Shown: positions 19,211-29,540, counted from the first letter of the stretch. The stretch is DNA of 64,000 nucleotides from Candidatus Omnitrophota bacterium (GCA_003141835.1 PLNR01000007.1:3639-67638), one strand, 5' to 3'. Notes: generated by a model from the letters alone, not told the origin. Numbers and translations: made by a program.

Positions 19211-21987
19211 CCCAGCCGGAGAAAGAATTAAAAAAGATCATCAAAGGCGACGTCCTCTTTGATGATATGGCCCGCTATGTCTATTCGTTCGGCGCCTCGA
19301 TCTATAAGATAAAACCAAAAGGCGTCGTCATACCTAAAGACAAAAATGATGTCGTCGAGCTCGTCAAATACGCTTCGCGCAACAATATCCCGCTTACCGC
19401 GCGCGGCGCGTGCACAAGCCTCGCCGGACAGGCGGTCGGCAACGGCATAATAATCGATTTCACAAAATACATGAACAAGGCCGTCGACTATAAAGGCGGC
19501 GATACGGTCACGGTCCAGCCCGGCATAGTCTACGGCGAATTGAATAAATTAACGGCCAAATACGGGAAATTTTTCCCGCCGGACCCGTCGAGCGGCGCTT
19601 ATTGCACGATAGGCGGGATGATCGCCGATAATTCCGGCGGCCCGCATTCGATAAAATACGGCACCGCAGCGGATTGGATCCTCGAGCTCGAGGTCGTCCT
19701 CGCTAATGGTGACAGGGTAACCCTGCTACCGCGCGCGAAGATAAAAAATATTTCGGCCCCGCTCGCGGAATTGCTTAAAGGGAACGAAGAGACCATAAAA
19801 AAGTACGCTCCCAAGGTCATGAGGAGCTCGAGCGGATACAATGTATACGATATCCTTAAGGGCGACATCGTAGACCTGGTGAAATTAATGGCCGGGTCCG
19901 AGGGGACGCTTGCGGTCATAACGGAAGCGAAGTTGAAATTGGCGCCGCTGCCGGGGTTCCGCGCCACGCTTTTACTTTCCCTGAAAGACCTCCGGTCGCT
20001 GGGCGATGCCGTAGCGGAATTGCGCAAGCTATCGCCGTCCGCTGTAGAGTTCATGGACGAAACTTTCATTAAACTTGCCGTCGAGGCGGAACCGAAGCTT
20101 ACAGACCTGCTCCGGAGCGCGTCAAAGGGAGTATTGCTCGTCGAACTGGAAGAGGCAAGCACGCCCGCCCTTGACGAGAAGATAGCTGCGGTAAAGGAAC
20201 GGCTCCTCGGAGAGGGGAAGTTTATATCCGGGATAAATGCCGCGAAGGATGCGGACGAGCAGGACCGCATCTGGGGAGTCAGGCGCGCGGCGGTCCCGAT
20301 CACTAACAGGATAAAAGGAAAGAAACGCCCGATACCGTTCATCGAGGACGCGATAGTCCCGCCGGAGAACCTCGGCGATTTTTTAATAGGCGCTTACGCG
20401 ATATTCGAGAAATACGGCGTAGAGGCGTGCGTCTACGGGCATGCCGGCGACGGCAACATGCATATACGGCCGCTCCTCGACATGAAGGACAAGGCCGACC
20501 TCGCAAAGATCGACAGCATAGCCGACGATTTTTACAGGATGGTCATCTCCCTCGGCGGCTCGACGACGGCCGAACACGGCGATGGAATCCTAAGGATTCC
20601 ATACCTCAAGAAACAGTTCGGCCCGCTTTACGATGTTTTCGTAAAGATAAAGGATATATTCGACCCGAAGGGCATTTTAAATCCCGGGAAAAAGATAGGG
20701 AAAGACGCCGGCATCACCCATGACCTCATCTATGACCCCGATATAAAATACGTCAGCACCAAGACGGTATTCGATTCCGGGAAGATAAGGGAGGAGATAG
20801 AGAGGTGCCACGCCTGCGGCCTTTGCAGGAACGTCTGCCCGGTGAATGTTAACCTGCCGCAGGAACTCGCTTCGCCGCGCGCGAAGGCGGCGATACTCAA
20901 GGCCATCATCACCGGAGAGCTGGACAAAAAAATTCTCCTCAGCCCCGCCATCAAGGAAGTCCTCGACCTTTGCATCAATTGCAAGTCCTGCCGCGTCGAA
21001 TGCCCGACAGGCGCCGACGTCTCAGGGCTTTGCGCCATGGCGAAAGAGATATATGTCAGGGAATGGGGAATTCCTTTCTCCCAGTCGATCCTCGAGAATA
21101 TGAGGCTCCTCGGGTCGGCCTCGGCCGAATTGACGTCCCTCGCCGATATCCTAATGTGTACCGCGTTCGGCAGGAGCCTGATGGAAGCATTCCTAGGCCT
21201 GGACAAGAGGCGAATCCTTCCCAGGCCGAGCGTGCCGCCGTTTGAAAAAAGAAAATTAAGCGGGAAGGGCGGCAGGAGGAAGGTCGCGTATTTTTATGGT
21301 TGCTATGTGAATTTCTTCAATGCGGAAGGCGAAGGCGCGGCCGTGCTTAAGGTGTTCGAGAAAAATGATATAGATGTCATCATCCCGCGCCAGAGATGCT
21401 GCGGTATCCCGAGCATCTCATCGGGCAACGCGGACGCGGTCAAGGCGGATATTGCCTATAACCTCAAATACCTCAATGAAGCTGTCAAGTCGGGATGCGA
21501 TATTGTGACCGGATGCCCGAGCTGCGGGCTCGCGATCAAGGAAGATTACCCGAGGATACTGTCTACACCCACGGCGCTCCTCGTCTCGCAGAAGACCTTT
21601 GATATCCATGAATACCTGTGGCTCTTGTTCAACGAGGGCGAGATGAACACCGATTTCAAATCCTCGCAGAAGACCGTCGTATTCCATGTGCCCTGCCACC
21701 TGAAGGCGCAGGAGATCGGCGACCTGCAGGAGTGCCTGGTCGAGCTGATCCCGGGGATACTGATAAAGAAGATCGCGGATTCCTGCTGCGGCATGGGCGG
21801 GACGTTCGGGCTCAAAAAGAAGAACTACGACTTATCGCTCGCCATCGGGGAAAGATTGTTCGACGCGATAAAAGAAGCGAAGGCCGACTACGTAGTCACA
21901 AGCTGCGGAGCGTGCAAGGCCCAGATATTCCAGGCCACTTCAGCGAAGGTCATCCATCCTATCGAGCTCCTCGCCGAATCTTATTGA
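19207..21987 (+). CDS. FAD-binding oxidase fused to 4Fe-4S dicluster + CCG domains (Dld-II / GlcD-GlcF fusion type D-lactate dehydrogenase-like)
   Basis: 926-aa ORF. The N-terminal half is an FAD-linked oxidase (GlcD-like). It contains CHACGLCRNVCP and CINCKSCRVECP clusters plus two CCG motifs (CCGIPS, SCCGMGG). ATGA overlap with larA. Confidence 0.8.
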   Translation: MTQPEKELKKIIKGDVLFDDMARYVYSFGASIYKIKPKGVVIPKDKNDVVELVKYASRNNIPLTARGACTSLAGQAVGNGIIIDFTKYMNKAVDYKGGDTVTVQPGIVYGELNKLTAKYGKFFPPDPSSGAYCTIGGMIADNSGGPHSIKYGTAADWILELEVVLANGDRVTLLPRAKIKNISAPLAELLKGNEETIKKYAPKVMRSSSGYNVYDILKGDIVDLVKLMAGSEGTLAVITEAKLKLAPLPGFRATLLLSLKDLRSLGDAVAELRKLSPSAVEFMDETFIKLAVEAEPKLTDLLRSASKGVLLVELEEASTPALDEKIAAVKERLLGEGKFISGINAAKDADEQDRIWGVRRAAVPITNRIKGKKRPIPFIEDAIVPPENLGDFLIGAYAIFEKYGVEACVYGHAGDGNMHIRPLLDMKDKADLAKIDSIADDFYRMVISLGGSTTAEHGDGILRIPYLKKQFGPLYDVFVKIKDIFDPKGILNPGKKIGKDAGITHDLIYDPDIKYVSTKTVFDSGKIREEIERCHACGLCRNVCPVNVNLPQELASPRAKAAILKAIITGELDKKILLSPAIKEVLDLCINCKSCRVECPTGADVSGLCAMAKEIYVREWGIPFSQSILENMRLLGSASAELTSLADILMCTAFGRSLMEAFLGLDKRRILPRPSVPPFEKRKLSGKGGRRKVAYFYGCYVNFFNAEGEGAAVLKVFEKNDIDVIIPRQRCCGIPSISSGNADAVKADIAYNLKYLNEAVKSGCDIVTGCPSCGLAIKEDYPRILSTPTALLVSQKTFDIHEYLWLLFNEGEMNTDFKSSQKTVVFHVPCHLKAQEIGDLQECLVELIPGILIKKIADSCCGMGGTFGLKKKNYDLSLAIGERLFDAIKEAKADYVVTSCGACKAQIFQATSAKVIHPIELLAESY

Positions 21988-23104
21988 GGATTATTTCCGC
22001 GGCGCGACTGCTCGCGCCCGGCCCGCCCAATCCTGACCTTACCGCGGCAAGGCGCGTCCTCATCGCTTCCATTTTTTCGGGGGAGGATAAGAGCGAGGAG
22101 GCCTCGGAGGTTATCTTTGAAGGCGTGGCGTCGAATTGCACCAGCTCCGGCACTATCTTTTCCCCGGCGATGATATTCACCAGCCCGATATTCGGTATCC
22201 TTACCAGCATTTTTCCAATAAGCCATGTAAGCAAAGAGACCTTGTAAATTATCAGCATCGGCTTATCGAGTATCATCGTCTCTACCGTCGCCGTCCCTGA
22301 GGCGACCAGCACAAGTTCCGCGGCATTTATACAATCATACGGGTAACCTTCCGCGACCACCGGCTTAAGAGGCGCCCTCTTCAATATTTTTTCGTATACG
22401 GAAGAGCTTATCTCCGCCGGCTTGGCCAGTATGAACTGCGAATCCCCGAACCTGTCCTTTATCCTCTTGGCAGCCTTTAACATTATGGGGAGATTTCTTT
22501 CTATCTCCGTGAGGCGCGAGCCGGGGAGGAGGGCGATCGTCTTAAAGGCCGGTTCAAGCCCGTATTTTTTCATGAACTCCTCTTTTTTAAACGACGGCCT
22601 TACCGAATCGAGCAGGGGATGGCCCACGAATTCCACGTCGACGCCTTCTTCCGCATAGAAATCCTTTTCAAAACCCAGGATGACGATCATCTTGTCGACG
22701 TATTCCTTGATGATATTTACGCGTTCCTTGCGCCAGGCCCATATCTGCGGGCTGATGTAATATATGACCGGGATGCCGCGCTTCTTCGCCTCTTTCGCGA
22801 ATCGCAGGTTGAATTCCGGGTAATCTATGAGGACGACGCAATCAGGTTTTTCGGAATCGAGTTTTCCTGCGAGGAGGTTGAAGGCGGCCTTGAATTTCCC
22901 GAGGCTGCTCAATATCTCGATGAGGCCAATGACCGAAAGGTCTTTTATGTCCTGGAATGACTGCAGGCCGGCCTTTACCATCTTCTCGCCGCCCATCCCG
23001 ATGAGTTTTACGTCCGGTTCCAGCTCTTTTAACGCGAGAGCGAGGCTTGAGCCGTGCAGGTCGCCCGAAGCCTCGCCAGCTATTATCATTATCTTTTTAG
23101 GCAT
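21959..23104 (-). CDS. lpxB: lipid-A-disaccharide synthase
   Basis: 381-aa minus-strand ORF (MPKKIMIIAGEASGDLHGS...), GT19 LpxB pattern. Its 3' end overlaps the 3' end of the convergent oxidase gene by 29 nt. Confidence 0.85.
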   Translation of the reverse strand: MPKKIMIIAGEASGDLHGSSLALALKELEPDVKLIGMGGEKMVKAGLQSFQDIKDLSVIGLIEILSSLGKFKAAFNLLAGKLDSEKPDCVVLIDYPEFNLRFAKEAKKRGIPVIYYISPQIWAWRKERVNIIKEYVDKMIVILGFEKDFYAEEGVDVEFVGHPLLDSVRPSFKKEEFMKKYGLEPAFKTIALLPGSRLTEIERNLPIMLKAAKRIKDRFGDSQFILAKPAEISSSVYEKILKRAPLKPVVAEGYPYDCINAAELVLVASGTATVETMILDKPMLIIYKVSLLTWLIGKMLVRIPNIGLVNIIAGEKIVPELVQFDATPSKITSEASSLLSSPEKMEAMRTRLAAVRSGLGGPGASSRAAEIILNKIRRGAR

Positions 23105-24029
23105 TATTCTTTAAATTTTCTTTTATAGCGTCCTCTATTTGCAGGGCTATCTTCAGCGCGTCGCGCCCTTCCTCGCCGGAGACGAGCGGCCGCTCGCCGG
23201 TCCTGATGCAGTTGACGAACGCCTCGAGCTCCTTTTTCAGGGGTTCCTCTTTTTTGATATTGATGAGCTTGCCGGTTATCCTGTTGTTTATCTTCCTGTA
23301 AAGGACGGCGTCTTGCTTTATGTAATCGAGCGATATATAACAGTCGTCTTTGAAGAGGCGAATCTTGCGCATCTCGGCTTTCGTGACGCGGCTTGCGGTC
23401 AGGTTCGCGACAGCCCCGTTCTTGAATCTTATCCTGACGTTGGCGAGGTCCTCGTGGTCGGTCAGGATATTTACGCCGACCGCGTCTATCGAGACGACCT
23501 CGGATTTGACGAGGCCGAGGATTATGTCTATGTCGTGTATCATCAGGTCGAGGACCACTCCGACGTCGAGGGCTCGTTTCTTGAAAGGCCCGAGGCGGTG
23601 GCATTCGATGAACCTGACGTTGCCCGGGATCTCGTCGAGGGCGCGGACCGCGGCGTTGAACCTTTCTATGTGCCCGACCTGGATTATTAGGTTGCGGTCC
23701 CTGGCGATGTTCAAGAGGTCATCGGCCTCGCCGACGAATTTTGTCACCGGTTTCTCGATAAGGACCGATACACCGTTTAAGAGGCAATCTTTAGCTACAT
23801 TATAGTGGAGTTCGGTCGGGACGACGACCGAGGCGCAGTTCACCACGCCGAACATCTGCCTGTAATCGGTAAATGTGCTGGTCCTGTATTTCCTGGCGAA
23901 TTTCTTCGCGCGCCGGATATCAGTATCGCATATCCCGGCTAGCTCGACGCCATCCATGCCCGCGTATATGCGCGCGTGGTGCTGACCGAGATGGCCTACG
24001 CCTATTACCCCTACCTTTATCTTGTCCAT
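23097..24029 (-). CDS. Gfo/Idh/MocA-family NAD(P)-dependent oxidoreductase (possible UDP-GlcNAc 3-dehydrogenase GnnA-like, given lpxB linkage)
   Basis: N-terminal Rossmann motif (KVGVIGVGHLGQHHARIY) and EKP motif (VLIEKPV). The ORF overlaps the lpxB start. Confidence 0.75.
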   Translation of the reverse strand: MDKIKVGVIGVGHLGQHHARIYAGMDGVELAGICDTDIRRAKKFARKYRTSTFTDYRQMFGVVNCASVVVPTELHYNVAKDCLLNGVSVLIEKPVTKFVGEADDLLNIARDRNLIIQVGHIERFNAAVRALDEIPGNVRFIECHRLGPFKKRALDVGVVLDLMIHDIDIILGLVKSEVVSIDAVGVNILTDHEDLANVRIRFKNGAVANLTASRVTKAEMRKIRLFKDDCYISLDYIKQDAVLYRKINNRITGKLINIKKEEPLKKELEAFVNCIRTGERPLVSGEEGRDALKIALQIEDAIKENLKNNA

Positions 24030-24171
24030 GGTTTATTAAGCAGTATTTTATCAAGTCGCACTGCGATTAACAACATTTATTCTGCGGGGGGATTAATTAT
24101 TTGTTTGTCTTGACGCGAGAATACATATATAATATGCCAAAGTAGGCAGAAAAGGGGAGGAGGGTTTTATC

Positions 24172-27100
24172 ATGAGCCTTAAAAAGGAAACTTGCGTTCA
24201 TCGTAAAATAATTACGCTTTTGATTGTATCCGTAATAGCGGTGTTCGCGTTCATTAAGCCGGCCGGCGCGGCGACAGTTAACGTAACGAATACAAATGAC
24301 AGCGGGCTGGGCTCGCTCAGGCAGGCGATAACAGACCTGAACGCGACCGGAGCCGACGGCGATATCATCCAATTTACCGTGGCAGGCACTATCACTTTGG
24401 CCACCGGCCTTCCTCTTCTCACCCACGAGACGAAATTCGATCCCAACGGCAACGACGTCACATTGACGGGCAAAAACGGCGGAACGGACGCGGGTAAATG
24501 GTTTAAAGTCGAAGGCGCGAGCACAAACACCGTTACTTTCGGGACCGGCACGACGTGGTCGGTTGCCGGCGGGCTGGTCGTCGGAGATAACGCTAAAGGC
24601 TCGATGACCATTTCAGGCGGCGGTTCGGTGACCAACGCCGATAAAGCATATGTCGGTGGAGGCGCAGGCTCAAACGGTGCCATAACTGTTAACGGAGCAG
24701 GTTCCACCTGGACCAATGCCCAGGATATATTTGTCGGCCACCTTGGCACCGGTACCCTGACCATCTCCAACGGCGGTACTGTAAGCGATACCTACGGCAA
24801 TATCGGAAGTAATGTAGGCGGAATCGGCACCGTAACGGTTGACGGGGCGGCCGGCGCCACGCACTCCACTTGGACCAATAACACGGGGCTTATCGTCGGC
24901 AATACCGGCACCGGCACATTGAATATCACCAACGGCGGCCACGTCACCAACGTCTGGGACTCATTTCTCGGCGTCGGGGCGGGATCTTCCGGCACCGTTA
25001 ATGTCGACGGCGCAGGTTCAACGTGGACCAATACCGCAAAGATGTATGTCGGATCCGACCGCACCGGCATATTAACCATTTCCAGCGGCGGTTCGGTAAG
25101 CGATGCCCATGGTTATATCGGCGGTTTCGCGGGCTCAGACGGTACCGTGACCGTCAAAAATGCGGGTTCCTCTTGGGTCAATGTTGCCGGAGGGGGCAAC
25201 GATGGCGGTCTCAGTATCGGCGACATCGGCACCGGCACGCTGCATATCCAGAGCGGCGGCGCTGTGACCAGCGATTACGTAGATCTTGGCATTAACAATA
25301 CCGGCACCATAACCGTTGACGGTGCCGGTTCTACCTTGACCAGCAATGGTGACCTTAATGTCGGCAAAGCCGTCACTGGTATAAAAACCGGAACATTGAC
25401 CGTCACTAACGGCGGCGCGGTAAGCAGCGTTCACGGTTATATAGGCAAGGACGCCGGTTCAAACGGTAATGCCACGGTTAGCGGTGCAGGTTCCACATGG
25501 ACCAATACCACCGATCTGTATGTCGGTTCCAGCGGTAACGGTGACCTGACGATATCAGGCGGAGGCACCGTAACGGTCGCGGGCGGGGCAGGAACGGTTA
25601 CCGTCGGAAATATTGCGGGTTCCGACGGCGTACTTTTCATAGGCAACGCCGGGGCAGCCGGTACTTTAAATGCCACGGAGGTTACCGGAGGCCTGGGCAC
25701 CGCGACACTGGCCTTCAACCATACCGATGCAGCCTATACTTTTGCGCCCCTGATCTCCGGCAGTTTGAGCGTTGAGCAGGATGGCGCCGGCACCACGGCC
25801 CCCACAGCCGCCAACACCTACACCGGCGTAACGACGTTAAATGCCGGAACTTTAGGCATTGCCACGATCAGTAACGGTGGTACGGCAAGTAACCTTGGTG
25901 CCGCTACGAGCGCCGCGGCCAATCTCGTTTTCGCGGGCGGCACGCTGAAATATACCGGCGCCGACGCAGCCACCGACCGGAATTTTACTATCGCTGCAAA
26001 TAAGGCAGCCGTCATAGAGGTGACCGTAAATACCCTGACAATGAACGGAGCAAGTACCGGAGTGACGAACGGCGGATTGACCAAGACCGGCAACGGCACT
26101 CTTGTCCTGGCGGGAGCCAGCGCTTACACGGGAGCCACTGCGATAAATGCCGGCAGGTTAGCGGCCAGGAACGCCAACGCCCTAGGCAACGGATCGGCGG
26201 TTACTGTCGCGAACGGCGCTACACTTGACGTCGGGACTACCAATGTCACGGTTAATAATACCTATACCCAGGATGCCGGCTCGACCCTGGCCCTTACCGT
26301 CTCAGGGCCGTCATCGTCGGGCAAGATAACATCCGACCACGCTGCGGCCGTATCTGCAGGGAGCAATGTCAATGTTACGGTCCCAGGCAGTATCTATATT
26401 CCTAATAACGCCACATTCACGGTAATAGACGCTGCGGCAGGCGCCGGAGTAAACGCCCCCGGCACTATCACGTCAAGCGATCCCCGCCTGACGTTCTCGG
26501 CTATAAGCTCAAACGGCAGCCTTATACTTATGGTAAACCGTTCCGCGACCGGTTTCTCCAGCATAGCCACAAATTCCAATTCCGCCGCCGTAGGCGCGGT
26601 CCTCGATAACATAACAAACCCGACAGCCGATATGACGACCGTCTTGAATACGCTCGAGGGTTTGAGCGCTTCACAGGCAGCTTCAGCCCTTGATACCATT
26701 GTCCCGACCATGGATAGCGGAGTGGTCACAACCAGCACCACCTCACTTAACGGGTTCACCGGGGTAACGATCGAAAGGCTCGGAGAGCTTTTTGCCCAAG
26801 CCCGCGACGCCGAGACCGGCGTGTCTACGGGAAGCGAGGGATCTAAGGGCATTGAGGCCTGGGGCCGCGGCTTCGGTGAATATGTGCACCAGAGTCCTCG
26901 CGGGACAAGCAACGGCTATTTCGCGACGGTCTGGGGTACGGCCATCGGCGGCGATATCCCGGTATTTGATGACAGGGTCCGTGTGGGTTTGAGCGGAGGA
27001 TATGCGAGGAGCGATATCAATTCCAAAGATAACAGCGGCAGGACGGATATCAACAGCTACCAGGGCACATTATACGGCGGTTACATAGACGGCAATAATC

Positions 27101-27684
27101 CCTACTACATAAACGGCGCTTTCTCCTTCGTGTATAACCAGTACAAGGGCTTAAGGAATATATCCGTCGGTACTATCCAAAGGACTGCCGACGCCGATTA
27201 CGACGGCCAACAGTATTCTATATTATTAGACGGGGGCTATACCTTCAAGGCCGGCGACCTGCGGATAACCCCGCTGGCGTCATTGCAATATCTCCGCCTG
27301 CACCTCCAGAGCTATACCGAAAGCGGGGCGGATGCGCTTGATCTAAATGTGAAGAGCCAGAATTACGATATGCTCCAGTCGGGTGTGGGCCTGAGGTTAG
27401 AGCGGCCCTTCGAAGTCGAATACGGCATACTTACGCCCGAGGTCCACGCCAAATGGCTCTACGATTTCATAGGTGACAAACAGGAGACGACTTCTACGTT
27501 CTCCGGCGGCGGCGGCTCGTTCGCCACGCAGGGATTCAAACCCGCGCAAAACGCGTTAAATGCCGGGGCGAAGCTTACGTATAACATTAAAGATAACTGG
27601 TCCATCGACGCTAATTATGATTTTGAATATAAAGAAGACTTCGTTGCCCACACAGGTTGGATCGATCTGGGATACAGGTTCTAG
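24172..27684 (+). CDS. type Va autotransporter with PATR (autotransporter-associated beta-strand) repeat passenger and C-terminal beta-barrel
   Basis: Strong RBS (GGGGAGGAGGG) and a signal peptide. It has more than 10 degenerate ~45-50-aa repeats (GAGSTWTN...YVG..GTGTLTISNGGTVS). The ~280-aa C-terminus is an autotransporter beta-domain ending ...GWIDLGYRF. Confidence 0.8.
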   Translation: MSLKKETCVHRKIITLLIVSVIAVFAFIKPAGAATVNVTNTNDSGLGSLRQAITDLNATGADGDIIQFTVAGTITLATGLPLLTHETKFDPNGNDVTLTGKNGGTDAGKWFKVEGASTNTVTFGTGTTWSVAGGLVVGDNAKGSMTISGGGSVTNADKAYVGGGAGSNGAITVNGAGSTWTNAQDIFVGHLGTGTLTISNGGTVSDTYGNIGSNVGGIGTVTVDGAAGATHSTWTNNTGLIVGNTGTGTLNITNGGHVTNVWDSFLGVGAGSSGTVNVDGAGSTWTNTAKMYVGSDRTGILTISSGGSVSDAHGYIGGFAGSDGTVTVKNAGSSWVNVAGGGNDGGLSIGDIGTGTLHIQSGGAVTSDYVDLGINNTGTITVDGAGSTLTSNGDLNVGKAVTGIKTGTLTVTNGGAVSSVHGYIGKDAGSNGNATVSGAGSTWTNTTDLYVGSSGNGDLTISGGGTVTVAGGAGTVTVGNIAGSDGVLFIGNAGAAGTLNATEVTGGLGTATLAFNHTDAAYTFAPLISGSLSVEQDGAGTTAPTAANTYTGVTTLNAGTLGIATISNGGTASNLGAATSAAANLVFAGGTLKYTGADAATDRNFTIAANKAAVIEVTVNTLTMNGASTGVTNGGLTKTGNGTLVLAGASAYTGATAINAGRLAARNANALGNGSAVTVANGATLDVGTTNVTVNNTYTQDAGSTLALTVSGPSSSGKITSDHAAAVSAGSNVNVTVPGSIYIPNNATFTVIDAAAGAGVNAPGTITSSDPRLTFSAISSNGSLILMVNRSATGFSSIATNSNSAAVGAVLDNITNPTADMTTVLNTLEGLSASQAASALDTIVPTMDSGVVTTSTTSLNGFTGVTIERLGELFAQARDAETGVSTGSEGSKGIEAWGRGFGEYVHQSPRGTSNGYFATVWGTAIGGDIPVFDDRVRVGLSGGYARSDINSKDNSGRTDINSYQGTLYGGYIDGNNPYYINGAFSFVYNQYKGLRNISVGTIQRTADADYDGQQYSILLDGGYTFKAGDLRITPLASLQYLRLHLQSYTESGADALDLNVKSQNYDMLQSGVGLRLERPFEVEYGILTPEVHAKWLYDFIGDKQETTSTFSGGGGSFATQGFKPAQNALNAGAKLTYNIKDNWSIDANYDFEYKEDFVAHTGWIDLGYRF
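26270..27684 (+). repeat. autochaperone + beta-barrel-encoding segment; dispersed paralogous copy of 47730-49141
   Basis: The C-terminal ~470 aa of the two autotransporters align colinearly. Long identical runs include LQYLRLHLQSYTE, GADAL.LNVKSQNYDMLQS, LTPEVHA.WLYDFI and TTSTF.GGGGSFATQGF. Confidence 0.6.
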
Positions 27685-27687
27685 GCT

Positions 27688-29520
27688 TTGAAGCTCTACC
27701 TGCGGCTCCTGAAGTTTTTAAATCCCCACATCCGGTTATTGTCACTGGCCACGTTTTTTATGCTCTTGAACAGCGTGGCGACCAACGGCGTTTCTGTCTC
27801 GATGGTAATCCCGCTTGTGGACAAGATAATCGGCGGAAAACAGATAGTACTTCCGACGAAAGTTCCGGATTTTATACAGAATATCGTAAATAGCATAAAC
27901 GTCATGTCGACGGCAGACCTCTTTAAGTGGCTGATATGGTTCCTCCTTGTGGCGTTTCTCCTGAAGGAAATATTCACTTTTTTACAATCGTACCTTATGA
28001 CCGATGTAAGCACGCGTGTCCTGACAGACCTGCGCAACAAGGTTTACAACAAGCTTCTTGATTTCTCACTAGACTTCTATACTAAAGAACATGCCGGAAA
28101 CCTCGTATCCCGAATCACTTACGACACAAGCATAATACAGAATTCAATAACCGAAGGATTGACCACTCTCGTCTCCCAGAGCTTCCAGGTAGTCGTATGC
28201 CTGGTCATGGTTTTTTCAGTACGGGCGATATACAAAATAGATTGGATGCTCCTTATCCTTAGCATGCTGGTCCTGCCTACGCTGGTTTATCCCATAGTGA
28301 GGATAGGCAAGAAGCTCAAGAAGATCTCGACTAGCACGCAGGAACAAATGGGAGCGGTAACAACGACGCTTTTTGAGACGATCTCGGGAATACGTGTTGT
28401 AAAAGCCTTCGGAATGGAGGAATACGAACGTAATAAATTTGCCAAACAGAATCACGGCCTTTACAGGTTATTCATGAAGTCGGCAAAGAGAGAGCAGCTT
28501 ATAGGCCCCATAACCGAATATATAGGCGTTGTGTGCGCGGCTCTCGTACTTTGGTTGGGAGGCAGCAAGGTCGTGTCCGGCGAGCTGAGCGCCGGCGCTT
28601 TTATAGCTTTTTTGGTATCATTGATGCTTATGGTAAGGCCGTTCAACCAGCTCAGCCGGGTCTACTCGATAATCCAGAAGGCGCTTGCCGCGGCAGAACG
28701 GATATATAATATAATGGATACCGAAGCCACCATAAAAGACATGCCGAATGCCGTTGCGATACCTGTCCTTAAGGACAGGATAACATTCAAAAACATCAAT
28801 TTTGGATACGATTCGGTCCCCGTCCTCAAGGATATTGGTCTTGAAGTGAAAAAAGGCGAAGTGGTCGCCATAGTCGGCCCTAGCGGGTGCGGCAAATCTA
28901 CGTTAGTCAACCTGATCCCGAGGTTTTATGACCCGACCAGGGGGGAGGTCCTTATAGATGGCCGTGACATAAAAAGCGCTACACTTGAATCGTTGCGCGG
29001 CCAAGTAGGCATCGTTACCCAGGAGACGATACTCTTCCACGACACGATAAGGGCTAATATCGCCTACGGCGGGCAGGTTGCCTCAGACGAGGAGATCGCG
29101 AATGCCGCCAAAATAGCCAATGCCCACGACTTCATCTCGAAACTGCCGGAGGGCTATAATACGATTGTCGGGGAGAGGGGCCACAGGATATCGGGCGGCG
29201 AAAGGCAGAGGATAGCCATAGCCCGCGCCGTGCTCAGGAATGAGTCTATTTTGATATTAGATGAGGCGACCTCCCAACTCGACATGGAGTCGGAGAAGCT
29301 TGTCCAGGATGCCCTGGAGAAGCTGATGAAGGGCAGGACCGTCTTTGTCATCGCCCACAGGCTCTCAACCGTCAAATTTGCCACCAAGATCATCGTTTTG
29401 GACAAGGGAAGGATAGTTGAGACAGGCACCCACGAGGAATTACTCCGCAAGAACGGCCTCTACAAGCGTCTCTACGACCTACAGTTCCTTGAGGAAGAGA
29501 CAAGGTCCTCTGAAGCGTAG
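27688..29520 (+). CDS. msbA: ABC transporter permease/ATPase fusion, MsbA-like lipid A/lipid exporter
   Basis: 610-aa ORF with a TTG start 3 nt after the autotransporter stop. Six-TM N-terminal half, then Walker A (GPSGCGKST), signature (ISGGERQR) and Walker B (ILILDEATS). Confidence 0.8.
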   Translation: MKLYLRLLKFLNPHIRLLSLATFFMLLNSVATNGVSVSMVIPLVDKIIGGKQIVLPTKVPDFIQNIVNSINVMSTADLFKWLIWFLLVAFLLKEIFTFLQSYLMTDVSTRVLTDLRNKVYNKLLDFSLDFYTKEHAGNLVSRITYDTSIIQNSITEGLTTLVSQSFQVVVCLVMVFSVRAIYKIDWMLLILSMLVLPTLVYPIVRIGKKLKKISTSTQEQMGAVTTTLFETISGIRVVKAFGMEEYERNKFAKQNHGLYRLFMKSAKREQLIGPITEYIGVVCAALVLWLGGSKVVSGELSAGAFIAFLVSLMLMVRPFNQLSRVYSIIQKALAAAERIYNIMDTEATIKDMPNAVAIPVLKDRITFKNINFGYDSVPVLKDIGLEVKKGEVVAIVGPSGCGKSTLVNLIPRFYDPTRGEVLIDGRDIKSATLESLRGQVGIVTQETILFHDTIRANIAYGGQVASDEEIANAAKIANAHDFISKLPEGYNTIVGERGHRISGGERQRIAIARAVLRNESILILDEATSQLDMESEKLVQDALEKLMKGRTVFVIAHRLSTVKFATKIIVLDKGRIVETGTHEELLRKNGLYKRLYDLQFLEEETRSSEA

Positions 29521-29540
29521 CGAAAGAGGATAGAAAAGGC

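Noticed and set aside
21618-22247. 209-aa plus-strand ORF
   Set aside because: It lies antisense within lpxB with an Arg/Pro-rich composition. This is a GC artefact.
24110-24135. TTGACG/TATAAT promoter for autotransporter 1
   Set aside because: The hexamers exist, but the spacing is only 12-14 nt, so it is not reported as a feature. A divergent promoter is still likely somewhere in 24030-24171.
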